Assembly: GCA_051362555.1 (NCBI GenBank)
Contig: CM120643.1
Span: 28,772,848-28,836,847, forward strand
DNA from: Lingula anatina
Taxonomy: Eukaryota; Animalia; Brachiopoda
Length of the DNA: 64,000 bases
Direction of reading: 5' to 3'
Shown here: in pieces, positions 24,649-50,392 of the stretch
Numbering within the stretch: the stretch's first letter is position 1
Layout: every line of letters starts with the position of its first letter
The notes under the pieces: generated by a model
What the model was told of the DNA's origin: nothing
The model's database searches: none
Seen by the model: only the letters and a program-made list of their open reading frames with translations
Position numbers and translations under genes: made by a program

Positions 24649-26593
24649 CCAACCAATATACTGTAGACATGGCAGAATGTTGAACAAAAGGACTGGTAAT
24701 AATATTAAGCCTATTGTCGACAACCAGTATAATGTTACATTTCCAGACAGTGTGTAGATTTCATAAATGTCCACATACCACGTGTAAATTTCTGGGCAGC
24801 TGTCTAGAGCAGGAACTACCACAGGTTTTTGGCAGAATTGCTCTTAATCAAAACAGATATCTTGGGAAATTGTCTGTTACGTACACGTAACAGGTGGATT
24901 TAGCACCTGCAACAGTGGTAATGTTGCTTTGATGAGGCGTTTAAGTGACGTTATCATAGCGAATTTTAAACACAATTTGTTGATTCCTTGTTGTATTTGC
25001 ACCTTCATCTCAAGAGTCAGAAGTGATCAATTGCTAGTAATCCATAGTAATCCTGCGTGCTAGAAACTCTGTACTTTCAGTGTTGTATCCCAGTAAATTT
25101 TTTGTTCACGTGACATGAATATAACTTTAGTTAAGCTCTTGAGCCAGACTCATTTTGACCAGAAATCGAATAATCGCCCTCAGGAACAAGTATCATCATT
25201 TTAGTCGTCTTTACCATACTCCCTCAAGCACACTTCAGTGGTTTTGCTTATTTGCTGTGTTCCAATGTGATCGGTTATCAACTCCCGCAAGAAATGTTCC
25301 CCCATTTATCTCTAAAACTGTAACATTTCCACGCTCTGATCGTTTACGCTGATCGTGCGGTACATCGTTGAATCGTCCCAGATGGGGGGAAAAAACAACC
25401 ACAAGTCCGGCGCACACACTTCTACAAGCTGAGCCTTTGCGTTTGGGCTGCGTAGAGATCAGCATTTTAGATGAATGTTTGGCATCAGCCGTAGTTCCAC
25501 TGGGACGAAAGATTCACTAAAACGAGGTTAAGTTAAGCTGACAACTTTTGTCTTCTGTAGCTCAGCACGTTGTCTACAGTGTACACCGAGCTTTATTTAT
25601 CAAGTTTAAATTAGATGGAGGCAATAGAGTTTGATAGGAAATTACGCAGCTGCAAATCTACAACCATTTTCTAGGAAAGGAGGAAAACCTCTAATTTCTA
25701 AGAAAAAATAATGAGGTTTGCAGTTCTTTATACTGCTTATTACTGGCGTTTGCGATACACCATCCAGACAGAAGCTAAGACCTTGGACCTAATATATTTG
25801 GTTATTTGACGCAAAAACAAGATTGAGATCCGCTGCGAAATTGCATAACACCTACAGCCTTGACGGTGGCTACATGTGAGGTGGATAATTAGGGTACTGT
25901 CGATGTACATTGTTGCTGTCCTTCCACAACCCATCTCTCGGTGTATTTTAATATTTTTACGGAGTGTATATTTTAATTTAAAAAGTCTAAAGACCCTAGC
26001 GTCAACAGAACACGGAAAATGCAACAATACTGAGGACAAGAGCCGAGGTTTATCATAGAGGCTTAAACAGAAGGTTGATCGTAAGTTTTTGAGCAAAGTT
26101 TTCTTCCAAAATAAATCAACAGTACTTTTAGTTCATTTAATTGACATATTTTGGCTATTTTATAAAGAAAGGTAAAGGTAACGTTTCAAAACAGTAAATA
26201 CTCATAGTTACATTCAAAAGCTGAATAAATTATTATTATTATTATAGTGGTCTTTGATGGATCTTCGCTTAACACATAGGCCAGCATTTTCGGTTTATAT
26301 TTCAAGACCGTATTTCGGTCATCAGCTCATTTTCTCTGTAAACCCGGTATTATAGAACCCGCAGGGTACAATCACTGTATCCACGTTAAGTGCCATCAGC
26401 ACAAAATGATACGCACGTGTCCGTACCGTACTTGATCTTTAATTCAGTTTATTTGATATGGAGTTCAATCAGCACGCTGCCGTTTTAGGTGAGGCAAGAT
26501 GAACGCTGCGTGTGATTTTAACACCCTTTTGGACACCCTGAGTTTCGGTGCCCTCTGAAATCAGGGCGCTCTAAATAGGTATACAGAATATAA

Positions 26594-26770
26594 GGCCCCA
26601 TTCAGAATAGGGGACTAGCTAGTCCGAGGGTCAAATATGGCGACCCACTATAAAGCTTGCCGTCTAATCCGCTAATAGTCACTGAATAGATATCCCTGGG
26701 GGGTGATTCAAGTGGGTCGGCCATATTTGACCCTCGGACTTGTAACTAGTCCCCTATTCTGAATGGGGCC
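26594..26770. mobile_element. PIF/Harbinger-like MITE
   Basis: TIR GGCCCCATTCAGAATAGGGGACTAG / CTAGTCCCCTATTCTGAATGGGGCC with a perfect TAA TSD. Confidence 0.85.
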
Positions 26771-26819
26771 TAAGTTTAGGTACAATAATTTTGTAGCAGA
26801 CTACTACCCTACACAGCGG

Positions 26820-27286
26820 TACCCTCTACCAGGGCGAGTGATAGATTTTTTTACAGATATTCACAGATATGTCTCTAACTAGATAGATGGTCATTTAGGG
26901 CTGAACTCACCCTGTTGAGGAATCCCATGTGGAAACAATTATCTCTGCGCGCGCGCCAAAGGCTTTGTATTTGCTCTGCATGAGCTGAGCTTCACAACGA
27001 TGTGATAACTGTTCGTTACGCAATCAGTCTAAGGCTTTTTTTATCTGTCACAAAAGAGCAAGTGATTGAAGTCAGAGTAATTAACTGTCTTGATTGTTGT
27101 CACGCAGACTTAGACTGGACCTGCTAAGTGGCAGTGCCTGAGCAGTTATGCAAACAATTATCAGCCATGTAATCCGCCTTAAGATTTCTCAACAGGGTGA
27201 GTTGAGCTTTAAATGACCATCTATCTAGTTAGAGACATATCTGTGAATATCTGTAAAAAATCTATCACTCGCCCTGGAAGAGGGTA
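26820..27286. mobile_element. MITE with ~110-bp TIRs and 9-bp TSD (AcademH- or MULE-like)
   Basis: Ends TACCCTCTACCAGGGCGAGTGATAG...CTATCACTCGCCCTGGAAGAGGGTA; perfect 9-bp TSD ACACAGCGG at 26811-26819 and 27287-27295. Confidence 0.85.
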
Positions 27287-29880
27287 ACACAGCGGCCCCT
27301 GTGATCAGACAGTGGAGTTGAGCAGGGCATTTCAACTCTCTCTTCTCTACTCCTAGCATACCTGTGTTACTGCAAAGAGCAGAAGCTAGTTATGGCAGTA
27401 TGCTGATAGTAAATGATAGTAGAGAGGGGAGTTTATGTTTTGGCATTTGTCACGCTGTTTTCTATGATTTGTTCCCATTCCCTATAGAATACGCCGCTTT
27501 ATAAATGTCATTAGCCTGTGATGCATCTCGATCCCAGTGAGTCAGGTAGTCAAAATTACTGGTACAACATTTATTCAGATCGAGGCCAAGGTGCTTAAAT
27601 GTTCTAAAACGTGCTCCTTTAGCCTAATATACCCGGTACCTAGACGTATTTTTCCAATTATATCGAAAATTAAAAAAAGTACACAATTAGTGGCCTCCAC
27701 ATGTTCGGACACCATTCGACCGGGCAGTTAAGTTCAAGTTACACTTGGTTCGAGTAAGGCAAAATGTTCAACAGCTTTATGTTATACCAATGTAAAAATC
27801 AACTTTACATGAAATTTTGAGATATACGATAGTTTGAGTTACACCATAGAGTGGCGAGTTTTATCTGCATACTTCATTTTCTTTTAAACTCACAAAAATT
27901 TACAAAAGGTGTTAGGGTCGTCCAGATAATAAAGGGATAATATAACCCTGAACTTAATTGCCGGAGAGTGACATACATGTACATGTAACAACCACCTGCT
28001 CTATTAAATAAAGCCGTTCAAACATCAGGCACGCGGACCTTATACATGTACCCGCCCTGCCCGCCTGTCTAATACACACTCATTCCTCCATTTCACACAC
28101 ACACACTGTTAATATCCTTTTGCACTTCCAAATCCCATTCCTTGGAATATGTTATACCTCATTTGATTTTAAATCGAGCACAACGCCACAACAATACTGG
28201 TACCATACTCTGTAGTTTGCTTTAGCCAAGCCGATTTCTGGAGAGTTAACTGTTAACATCAACGTTTTGTATTTATTTTTCTCTTGCCCATCTAGACCGT
28301 TGATGGTAAATCTCTTCACTAAAACGAACTGAACAAACTTGTAAATACCACAGTCACATGACCAATGAGGCCCACGTGACCAACAGCACACGTGACCATG
28401 TGACCAAGCTACCCCTGGTACCCCTCTTACCCCTCGCGTTCGTTTGTAAATAAACATAGTTGATTTTTTAATGCAGAAAAATTTATACAATATTAAGAAT
28501 CCTAGTCATGGTAATGCTGGAAATTGTGGATGATAATTCCGAACGCCAAACAAACCTCTGGTTGGGATGTTTGCTGGTCATAGTTGTGAGATGATTTCTG
28601 AAGTGACCAGATCCATAATACCAAGCATGGATTGTTCGATTGACTGATCTCATTTATTGAGGATGTTATACTAAAAAGTCAACCTTTTCTTACCCTCACC
28701 TCTGAACCCACGTCACTTCCCGCGCTTCACGTCAGATGGTGGCGAGCTGTTGGCGCCAGAACGAATATTTTATGATTACAAGTCTGATAGGTTTTATACA
28801 TTTTTTTCTGTGCGCGTTTCGAGGTGCATTTACTCCGGCTATAGCTAACAGGTTACACGCTTTAGATATGGACCAAAGGTATAAAATTAATTGTTAAACA
28901 GTGTTTTATTGTAAAGCATTACTTTCTGATCATTGGTTTTAAAGTGCTGCACATGTAGGTAAACAAAATAAACTCCATTTTATTATAAACGAAATTTCAT
29001 GGTGGCCTATTACTAGCGCACAACAAACTTCGCGAAGTCTTGGACCCAATTCCCATAAAGACACCATCGATCTACGTGGATCGTCCCAACTCTGCGGTTA
29101 CTCTCGGTAAGTGAATGACACGCCTCCTGTTGTTCTCGTATAATCACCAGCTTTTCTGTATTTTTCTTAACGCCAGGAGGAGGCGTGTTAATCTCACAAA
29201 GCTGGATCGATCCATGTAGACCCATTGCGTTTGTGGGATTGCACCCTTATTATTAACTGATACGGTGGAGATACCGGTCTCATACGATATGCTAGAAGAA
29301 GCTGGATCGCTGACAACCGACTAATATTGGAAGCCGAAACCACTTATGAATTTAATATAATAACAAGGCATGGAATTAAAAACCGGCAATAAATATTTCA
29401 GATTAAAATCATATATGAAAACATTTTTGGAACGGTTTGTATTGCAATGCAATTTTACTACCACAGGTAGATTTTTTGCCAAAACGTTTATTTACACGTT
29501 ATTTTAGTACGTATATTTATGATAAAATTCATGTGCAGTGCCATACTTAAACAAGTCTTGATGACGTCATGATACAACCAAATCAGGCACGGGTCCTCAA
29601 AGAATTCCAGATGTCTTTTTCGGCGGTAAAGTCTTATGTCAAGCAATGCGGTCATTTGATAACGTAAGTATACGGACATCACAGAACTGATATCCGGTAT
29701 AAGTTGGATCTGGTCTGAACCTGACTTGGGAAAACGTGACTTAAATAAGGACTTTTTACATATTAAGTCAGGGTTCTCCCTTGACTCATATAAGAAGGAC
29801 TTTTTAAATATAAAGCAAAACTACTAGTACTAGTATATGAGAGAAAGGTCTGAGATGTATTCAAAGAGCGACAGATTGCA

Positions 29881-30030
29881 CTGGTGTAACGTGACAGAGA
29901 ATCCTCCATGATGAAGAATCCGCTTCCAGTTCATTTGTACAGGTAAGCCTCGCCTTAGAATTTGACCCACTTAGGTCAAGCTAACCCAAACCATTATAAC
30001 TACACGGAGGGCGGACTTTCTGTTACACGG
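29881..30030. mobile_element. ~150-bp dispersed MITE-like repeat with GTGTAAC...GTTACAC ends
   Basis: Related copies at 35290-35440, ~37793-37910 and ~46412-46564, and more diverged ones at ~17465-17735 and ~49140-49251. Shared motifs include AAAGTCCGCCCTC, GTGGGTCAAAA and GACTCTCTGTCAC. Confidence 0.65.
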
Positions 30031-31061
30031 ACACTCAATTTCGCTGCGCCAGTCTACCAGAGAACCCGTCCTCCTGTTTACTTTCAAGCACAGAATTGTT
30101 ACAGGAAGACAGAAAAGGCTTGAGAACTCATCTGAACGAACGAAGAATATTTCTTGATAGAAAACGCTTGTTTTGTATGAAGCAGATGATAAGGGTCGCT
30201 ATATATGTGTGTGTGTGTGTATAACTTAACAATTGAGTGAGGCCTCAGCGTTGTCAGCTGTGATATCCACAGTGCAGAGGACAGTGCCTTCGCAGTGAAA
30301 CACTTGGTCAACAATTGCCTTAGACCACGTTCAGTTTCAGACATCGTACCGGCTGGGTCGACCCAACTCCGTGGGGACTTTTCGCTAAACTGCAATCAAA
30401 GTAATCAGCTTCATTGTCTGAAACGCCTCCTGGAGCAGCTCGGGGTAGTTAAAACGTTCGTGTGCTCTCGGGTTAATTACCCCTTACGTCCCAACTGAAC
30501 TGGATCGAACAGTTAAAGGTAACGGTAGAAAGTTGAAAGAAGAACTGCACTGATTTTGCTCTAATTGGAGTCCTGATGCTGCTGTTGTTGTTGTTGTGTG
30601 TCTTTTTTTTTTTTTTTTTTGATGTGGGTACGTATGCACGCATTTTCAGAGGCGTACTTTATACACGGAAGTGTAACGTGAACCATGCATGGGATTCGGT
30701 GATTTATTAACTAAGTCAAAGGTGATTGTGGAGTATTAAGGTCGCACATATCGGGCAGATTGTGAACGCACAGGTGAGGACTTTCCAAACACCTTAATCG
30801 GTTACAGGGCTACATTGTTAAGAAACGTAGAACTTAAACAGTGAACGATTTCACCGGCGGTGAGTAATAATTCACCTAACGCGGTACACATTTCAATGAT
30901 GCAACACTGAGGGTGTAATTTGTGATAAAAATTCTAACACTAAACGCCTTTTATTTCCCCTTTGGCAGAATTAACGGGTCGGACAGACGTAATAGTTAAC
31001 ACGGAGTCCGACAATCACCCAGACATCGACATCCGCGGCACAGGAACAACGCCAAGGAACG

Positions 31062-44178
<13,117 letters not shown>

Positions 44179-46776
44179 GAAGAGAGCCGGTTGCTCCGCG
44201 GAAAATAGTACCTGCGTAAAATAGATCCCATTCTGTTTGTTGAAAAGAATATTGTAACATTGCGTCTGTGATTAGATTTGGCTATGCAAAAATGCAATAA
44301 AACAAATGAAATGTTAAGTGGACAATTGTAAAGATTCAGTTCTTTTATTAATAGTAAAATTTTTCATTTACCTTGATAATTCACAAGCTTCGTCGGTGTA
44401 GTTCCATCATTTGAATTTTTGTCAAGAAGCTTATCTCTTTCAACACAATTTAATTGTTCATGCTGTTACATCTCAACTATCGCAATGGACTCGAACAGGA
44501 CCAAATTCAAACGTGCGTCATGTTGCCTGCAGCCAACATTCACTGTCAACGTTATCGTACTGATATGGCAGATTTCTTTAAAAGCATATTTTATACTAAT
44601 ACAAGAACAATTCAGTCTCCATTTATAAACGAAATGAGGACCTCCGCAAATCATTTTGGCAGATCCTTGTGCTGCCATCTGGCGTCCATATCTGGAGGAA
44701 AGCCAACAGCAAGAAAATAAGTTTTATTTAGTTATCTACTCTTTCATTTTCCATGGAGCCTTTCAAACTCCTTTGCGACTCTCAGTCAAAATTTGATATC
44801 AAAATTGTTTCTTCGGTGTACCAAAGATAAGTAGTGATAAATGGTTGTTCTGAAATAAATAAACAAAAATGCAGTGATATTGTTCAAATTGTCAATTCTC
44901 CACTGAATAAATTATATCAGTGGGTAAGAAATGAAATAAATAGATAAATAATCTGTGAATACGATAGATAGATAGACATAAGGTCGGGAATTAATATCTA
45001 TCTTCAGGGATGTGCCTGGGCACTTCTGAATTTTTTGTGACTAAGGGTGTGGCCGTCTCTGGTGTTGGTTGATTATAATTTCTACATTGTAATTTCTATT
45101 TTCTACCCTTAGACCAACAAAATATTAGGATCGATGCATTTTGGTTGCCAAATGTGGTTCTTCAGTCAGAGAACAATTTCAGCTGTGTTAAGTTATAAGA
45201 ATGATGTGATTTTTTTCCTCAGTCAACAGCTAATATTGAGGTTTTTACCCTCAATATTTCGTGGTTCTTCAGGCGTTTAAATCTGTTAGTCATGCCTCGG
45301 ATACATGATGTCGCTGATCATCCAAACCCAATACAGATGCTGAGGTGTTAAAGAATAAAATTCAATGAATTCAAAGTTGTATTCATTTTTTTAAATCATA
45401 GAACAAAGGCCACGACTGTCTCAATTTTAATTTATTTTTTAATTTTTACCATGTCTTTACATTATGTAAGGAGCCCTAAATGGTAACGTATGTTCCGGTA
45501 GCGTATGTTCCGGGTCATTTAATTTTAATTTTTATCTCGCGTTCCGATTTATTTTGTAATGGTTATGGTATATTATACATGACGTAAGGAACTTTTTTAT
45601 AAATATTTAAACTGTGACTCAAGGGGCTTTGCGTCATAGCTAATACTACGTAACGTATGTTCCCCAGAAAAATTATCAGAGAGTTTCATCTTACCCAAGT
45701 ACTTGGTGCAATGAGAATAAGGGTTTCTGTTGCTGACTGAAAATATGTATTGTGATTCCATAATAGTTTGACATTTCTAATACAATATTTTGACCACGAA
45801 TGGTAGACAGTTTATCTAATGCTTATTTTACTGTCGGTAGGATGTATTTTGCCCCGTTTTTAATATTCAGTGACAAGCAAACTAAAGTCGCTCAAAAACA
45901 ATTATTGCTCTATACAGGAGATCATCATTTTTTTTACGTCATACTTGTATGAGATAATTGGAAGAACAAATCCATTGATGATTGAATTTTCGGAGTGAGT
46001 AAAACAGCTGGACGTTTTCCATTTGTGACAGTAACATATGATCCTTTATGAGGTTAGACGATTAATTATTTTTTATTATTCATGGGTCCAGTAGAGTGAA
46101 ACTTTGGTACAAACTTCTTCATGTACCACCCTAAAATAATCAAACACAGTTGTAATCCGTGCACTAAATATTTATACAGAGCGTTCCTGTGACCTCATTT
46201 GCACCTGTACATTGGGGTTGGGTGTAGTAAGCGTATCCCACTAGATCTGCAACAAGATCAATTGTTTCATCGATCCAGAAACATCTCATATGAATAATTT
46301 ATTCGATTCCATGCAATATATTTCATCACTGCTTCGTAGACTCCCTGTCTTAATGATTACACTAACGGTCAGTCTACAGTTGTTTGATAGAACCGATGTA
46401 ACGAAACTGAGGGTAACAGAAAGTCCGCCCTCCATTAATTTAGTTATAAAGTTATGGTAAGTCTGACTTGAGAATTAAAGTCAAAATCTAGTGCAAGGCT
46501 CACCTTTACAAATGAATGAGAATCGGACTCTCTGTTATGGGGGACTCTCTGTCACGTTACACCGTCATCAAGGTACTGAAAGCTGCAAGTATTACCGAAC
46601 GCATGTGCTGTGCATAGGTTGTTTATTTCTTGGAATGTAAGGAAAATAAAATTATTTAATGGAGTAAAATAAGTTAAGTACATGTACATAAACATTAAAA
46701 TAAAGTCCTATAGTACGATAGACCTCCAACAGTGAGTCCGTTAAAAATCCGTATAAATAATTAGGATATATATACA

Positions 46777-46845
<69 letters not shown>

Positions 46846-47156
46846 CGTTTGAATGATAATATCAGTAAATATCATCCCTCTGTCGCTTTCTACAAAAAAG
46901 GCCCTACTTTTATTGTAGATATATTAAAAAGCCTAAGATACAGAATAATTTTCACAAAAGGGCATCAACACATTGCTACTGACAGACGCTTACATAAAAT
47001 CATGAAAAAGTTAATAAGATTTTTTACAAGACGACCTTTTGAGGAACAGTAAAACCATCAAAAAGTTAATAAGATACTTTTTTACAAGGTCGTTGAACGT
47101 CGTCAGTTAAATTATGAATGCCCGAACTCAGTTCTTGGAACATGCGTAGACCGACG

Positions 47157-47234
<78 letters not shown>

Positions 47235-47502
47235 TTTAAACATTATATTATAATTTAATATTCCTTATGTAAAAATGTTGCGTTATCAAGTTAGGTTTTC
47301 CCTAAATTTGGTGGCCAAGAGAAAAAATGCTGGGAGTATATGACACCTTTCTTTCAAATCGAGTTCAGTTAAGAGTTCACGGCACCATTCATCGATAACA
47401 GTTAGAAAACATCACAGTAAGAAATATGCACATTGCAGACAAGATTCCATGTAGGTCACTAAATAAAGTAACGTTACGACTGGCCGCAACCCATTGTGAA
47501 GG

Positions 47503-49820
47503 TTAGTTCATCAAGTGAGGAAGTTGGGGCAGAAAAACAGCGTTCATTATGATCGATATTACAGCCAAAAGAAGCAGCGGTCCTGGGTTCACGAACTGTG
47601 ACGTAGCGCCATTACAGTAGTCGGTATTACAGTAGCATTCTTCGCCAAATGCACCCCCTGACCCCTGGATACTACCAACGGAGCCCCCTCTACACGTAAA
47701 AGTCGTGGAGTTCCCGCATTCTCTTTTGTATCCGACAATTGCTGAAATTAAGAATTCCAATCATCATATCGCTACGACTTCATGAATGATAATAACGGCA
47801 ATTTATTGGGGATTTTTCAAATTGCCGCCACCTAGCGCTTTTTTCAGATGAAAATATGGAAGATTTATAAGAATAATATTAAGTAATTATAATAATAAAA
47901 TGAAAATAAGAAAATGGACTACAAACATATTGTCACAAAATATCTGAAATGCTGAGCTGACATTTGATATGGGGTGATTCACTTGTTCAGGTAGATATGC
48001 ATTGTTTTTAAAGACTTACATGTTTTAATTCTTTCATATTTTTTAATTTGACATACAATGGCCTAGTTTTCTGTGCACAAACTGTTAACTTATTGAGTAC
48101 ATTTTCAATTTCTATTCTATGGGTGCATTCCCAGAGATTTAGATCGATCCAGAGATTTAGATTTAGATCGACCTAACTCCCTGGGGGTTCACGCTAAATT
48201 GCAGTCAGCCGAGCGCGCACCATAGTTAATTATCCCCTTTTAGTAGGCGGGGCAGACGCCTAAGCCGACTAAGCTGACAGTAATCTAGTGAGACTCCCCA
48301 CAGGGATAGATCGATCTGAAATCTATGGGAATGGGGTCTATAAGTGTCTCTGTACTTACCAAATCCGCCTGCGCCTATACCTCCATGTGATTTCTTACAA
48401 GAAACAGAGCAGTTCACTTTTGTGGCAGTAGTGGCCGCTGTAAAGATTTTACCACACTTGCCTCCCTCCAAATCTTCACACTGGTAGCACATGACTGCTT
48501 CACCTGCAAGTCATAATCAATCTAGGTAAAGAATAGTCTTCGAAGTCACATTTTTTTTCTCGATAAGTCTCATAGGTAATAAAAACTTAAAAGAAAGAAA
48601 TGATCAAAACTGAAAGGAAAACAAATTTCATCGTTCATGCAAAATTCTCAAAACTTATCATTGTGATTAAAGTTAAAAGAATAAAGTATTTTTTCTCTTC
48701 AATCAATATTGAAATTGTTAACCGCCAATATTTTGATGTCTATCCGAGCATCTTCACCTGGTAATGAGGCTTTCCCTGTGAATAATTAACGTTTGATTTT
48801 TTTCTATTTAACTTTATTAATAGAATGTTAATTTAACTTATCATTTAACCAAAAATGTAATGAAAAAATTTCAGTTTTATTTACTTCCTATGTGTAGATA
48901 TTTATGTCATATGTTCTGATTATGCTGTGTTCGAGTAAAATTATTGTATTCACTAGGTGTAAGCGCAGTTTATTCTCCTTATGCTTGTAACCATGACATA
49001 CAAGTATATAGGTCAGAACAGACAGCAATACAGGACACGGGATCGGATGGCACTTCAGTAGGCCTTACTTACGTATAAGATCAGTAAACCGGGAAACATT
49101 TTACTGTGCCAATACTGCCATTATAAAGAGGTTCCAATGTACCATGAAAATCTGACTCCACTAAAAAGTGACTCCCCAGTCAGATTTTCACTATGAAATT
49201 TTGACTCCGTGAGTCAGATTTTCATGGGAGTCGGATTTTCATGTTACACCGGGTGTAGCTCCCCTGGCAGGTGGCTTTTCACGTGTCGCAAGTAGTTTTA
49301 TTGGATCTCAATTTTTTTACGTATTAAGGTTTTCATTTATGTGAGATCCAAACATTTTGGTTCACCTGTTGACGGTTTCGTCAGTTCACTGTGACAGATT
49401 TGATAGAAAACCAGCTTCCTGTTCACCTGACTAAGTGTACCATATAAAGAAAGAAAATCTATAACAATGAGTTTAAGGTAATAGCCAATACTGCTGATAT
49501 GATGCCTGCAGGGCAGCATTTTGCAATCACATGCATTTTGCAGCCGCAACGCATTTTCCAAACAAAGAAAATGCCTTTGGTTGCAAAATATGACTCTCCA
49601 GGCCCAGTGTTGGGCTTTCATGTCTCACAAAGAAATAGCTGCGACTCAGATGCCAAACTACAAAGCGTGCATTTGTTGACTACTAAAAGAGACGGTCGAG
49701 TGTACAGGGCATCTGGGTCAACTTACAATATTGATTCGTCATAGAGTATTGAATCAATTATGGAAATGTAACAATGACCCGACACGTTAGAAACCGTGCC
49801 TTCTAATAAAATTGATACAA

Positions 49821-49851
<31 letters not shown>

Positions 49852-50392
49852 AATAGTTCAGCAATTAAAAAATGTGAATTTTGATAAGTGTCTCTGTAAG
49901 CTCTGGCCGTACAGGGACAGTTGGTTGTTTACTATAATCAAGCTCTCAGTTTTAACCAAGATTATCAAAGACACAGTGAGAGGTTACCCTCTACCAGGAC
50001 CACAGATTGACCTTTCACTACGTATTCACACATAGGTATATGTATCTGGTTAAATTGACGGGAATTTTCTGCACTGTCAAGGACAAAGTCCACATAATAT
50101 AACATGCGGCCTTGGTAGAGGGTAGTGAGAAATATGAGTCGGTACGAATACTTGAACTACGAGCAGAGAGGGAGAGCGAACGAGCGAGTGAGAGAGAGAG
50201 GGAGAGAAGAAGAGAAGAGGGCGTAGACATGTTTGCCCATGCATGTTTTGCCCATTTCTGTCTGTAGTTAAAAAAATACAAAAGCAAAGAAAAAACGTTC
50301 ACTATATCTTAAACATGACTATCACTGTACCTACCGTAAGAATACAGTCCAAATAGCACCACCAACCCAACGACAAACGTAAACGACGCCAT
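47503..50392 (-). CDS. Ly6/uPAR three-finger protein (Quiver/Sleepless-like), predicted GPI-anchored (146 aa)
   Basis: Exons 50392-50335, 48503-48360 and 47741-47503, with two phase-1 GT-AG introns. Signal peptide MASFTFVVGLVVLFGLYSYGEA; domain from CYQC to CYCNTDYCN with 10 Cys; then GA and a hydrophobic tail PLLLLAVISIIMNAVFL. Confidence 0.9.
48121..48338. mobile_element. Palindromic MITE (GATCGATC family), uninterrupted copy
   Basis: CATTCCCAGAGATTTAGATCGATC...GATCGATCTGAAATCTATGGGAATG ends; matches the joined halves at 3343-3450 and 6658-6766. Confidence 0.8.
49985..50124. mobile_element. Short MITE with TACCCTCTACCA...TGGTAGAGGGTA termini
   Basis: Same termini as 26820-27286; decayed 9-bp TSD GTGAGAGGT / GTGAGAAAT. 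Confidence 0.7.

Noticed and set aside
25155-25465. Weak THAP-like or coding-like segment
   Set aside because: The key C2CH residues could not be placed in one frame; too degenerate to call.
26285-26330. Minus-strand CTGATGA...GAAA hammerhead-like motif (also + strand at ~18094, ~32957, ~51035)
   Set aside because: No proper stem II closing onto GAAA and no stems I/III could be formed.
28350-28410. Four CAC(A/G)TGACCA repeats resembling an E-box cluster or CRISPR-like array
   Set aside because: Very short with no unique spacers of CRISPR size, in a eukaryotic context; probably a transposon-internal minisatellite.
44371-45350. Exon-like minus-strand pieces, one with a THAP-like WTPDGSTRIC
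   Set aside because: Stops in all frames and no consistent gene model or TIRs; possibly a transposon relic but unsupported.
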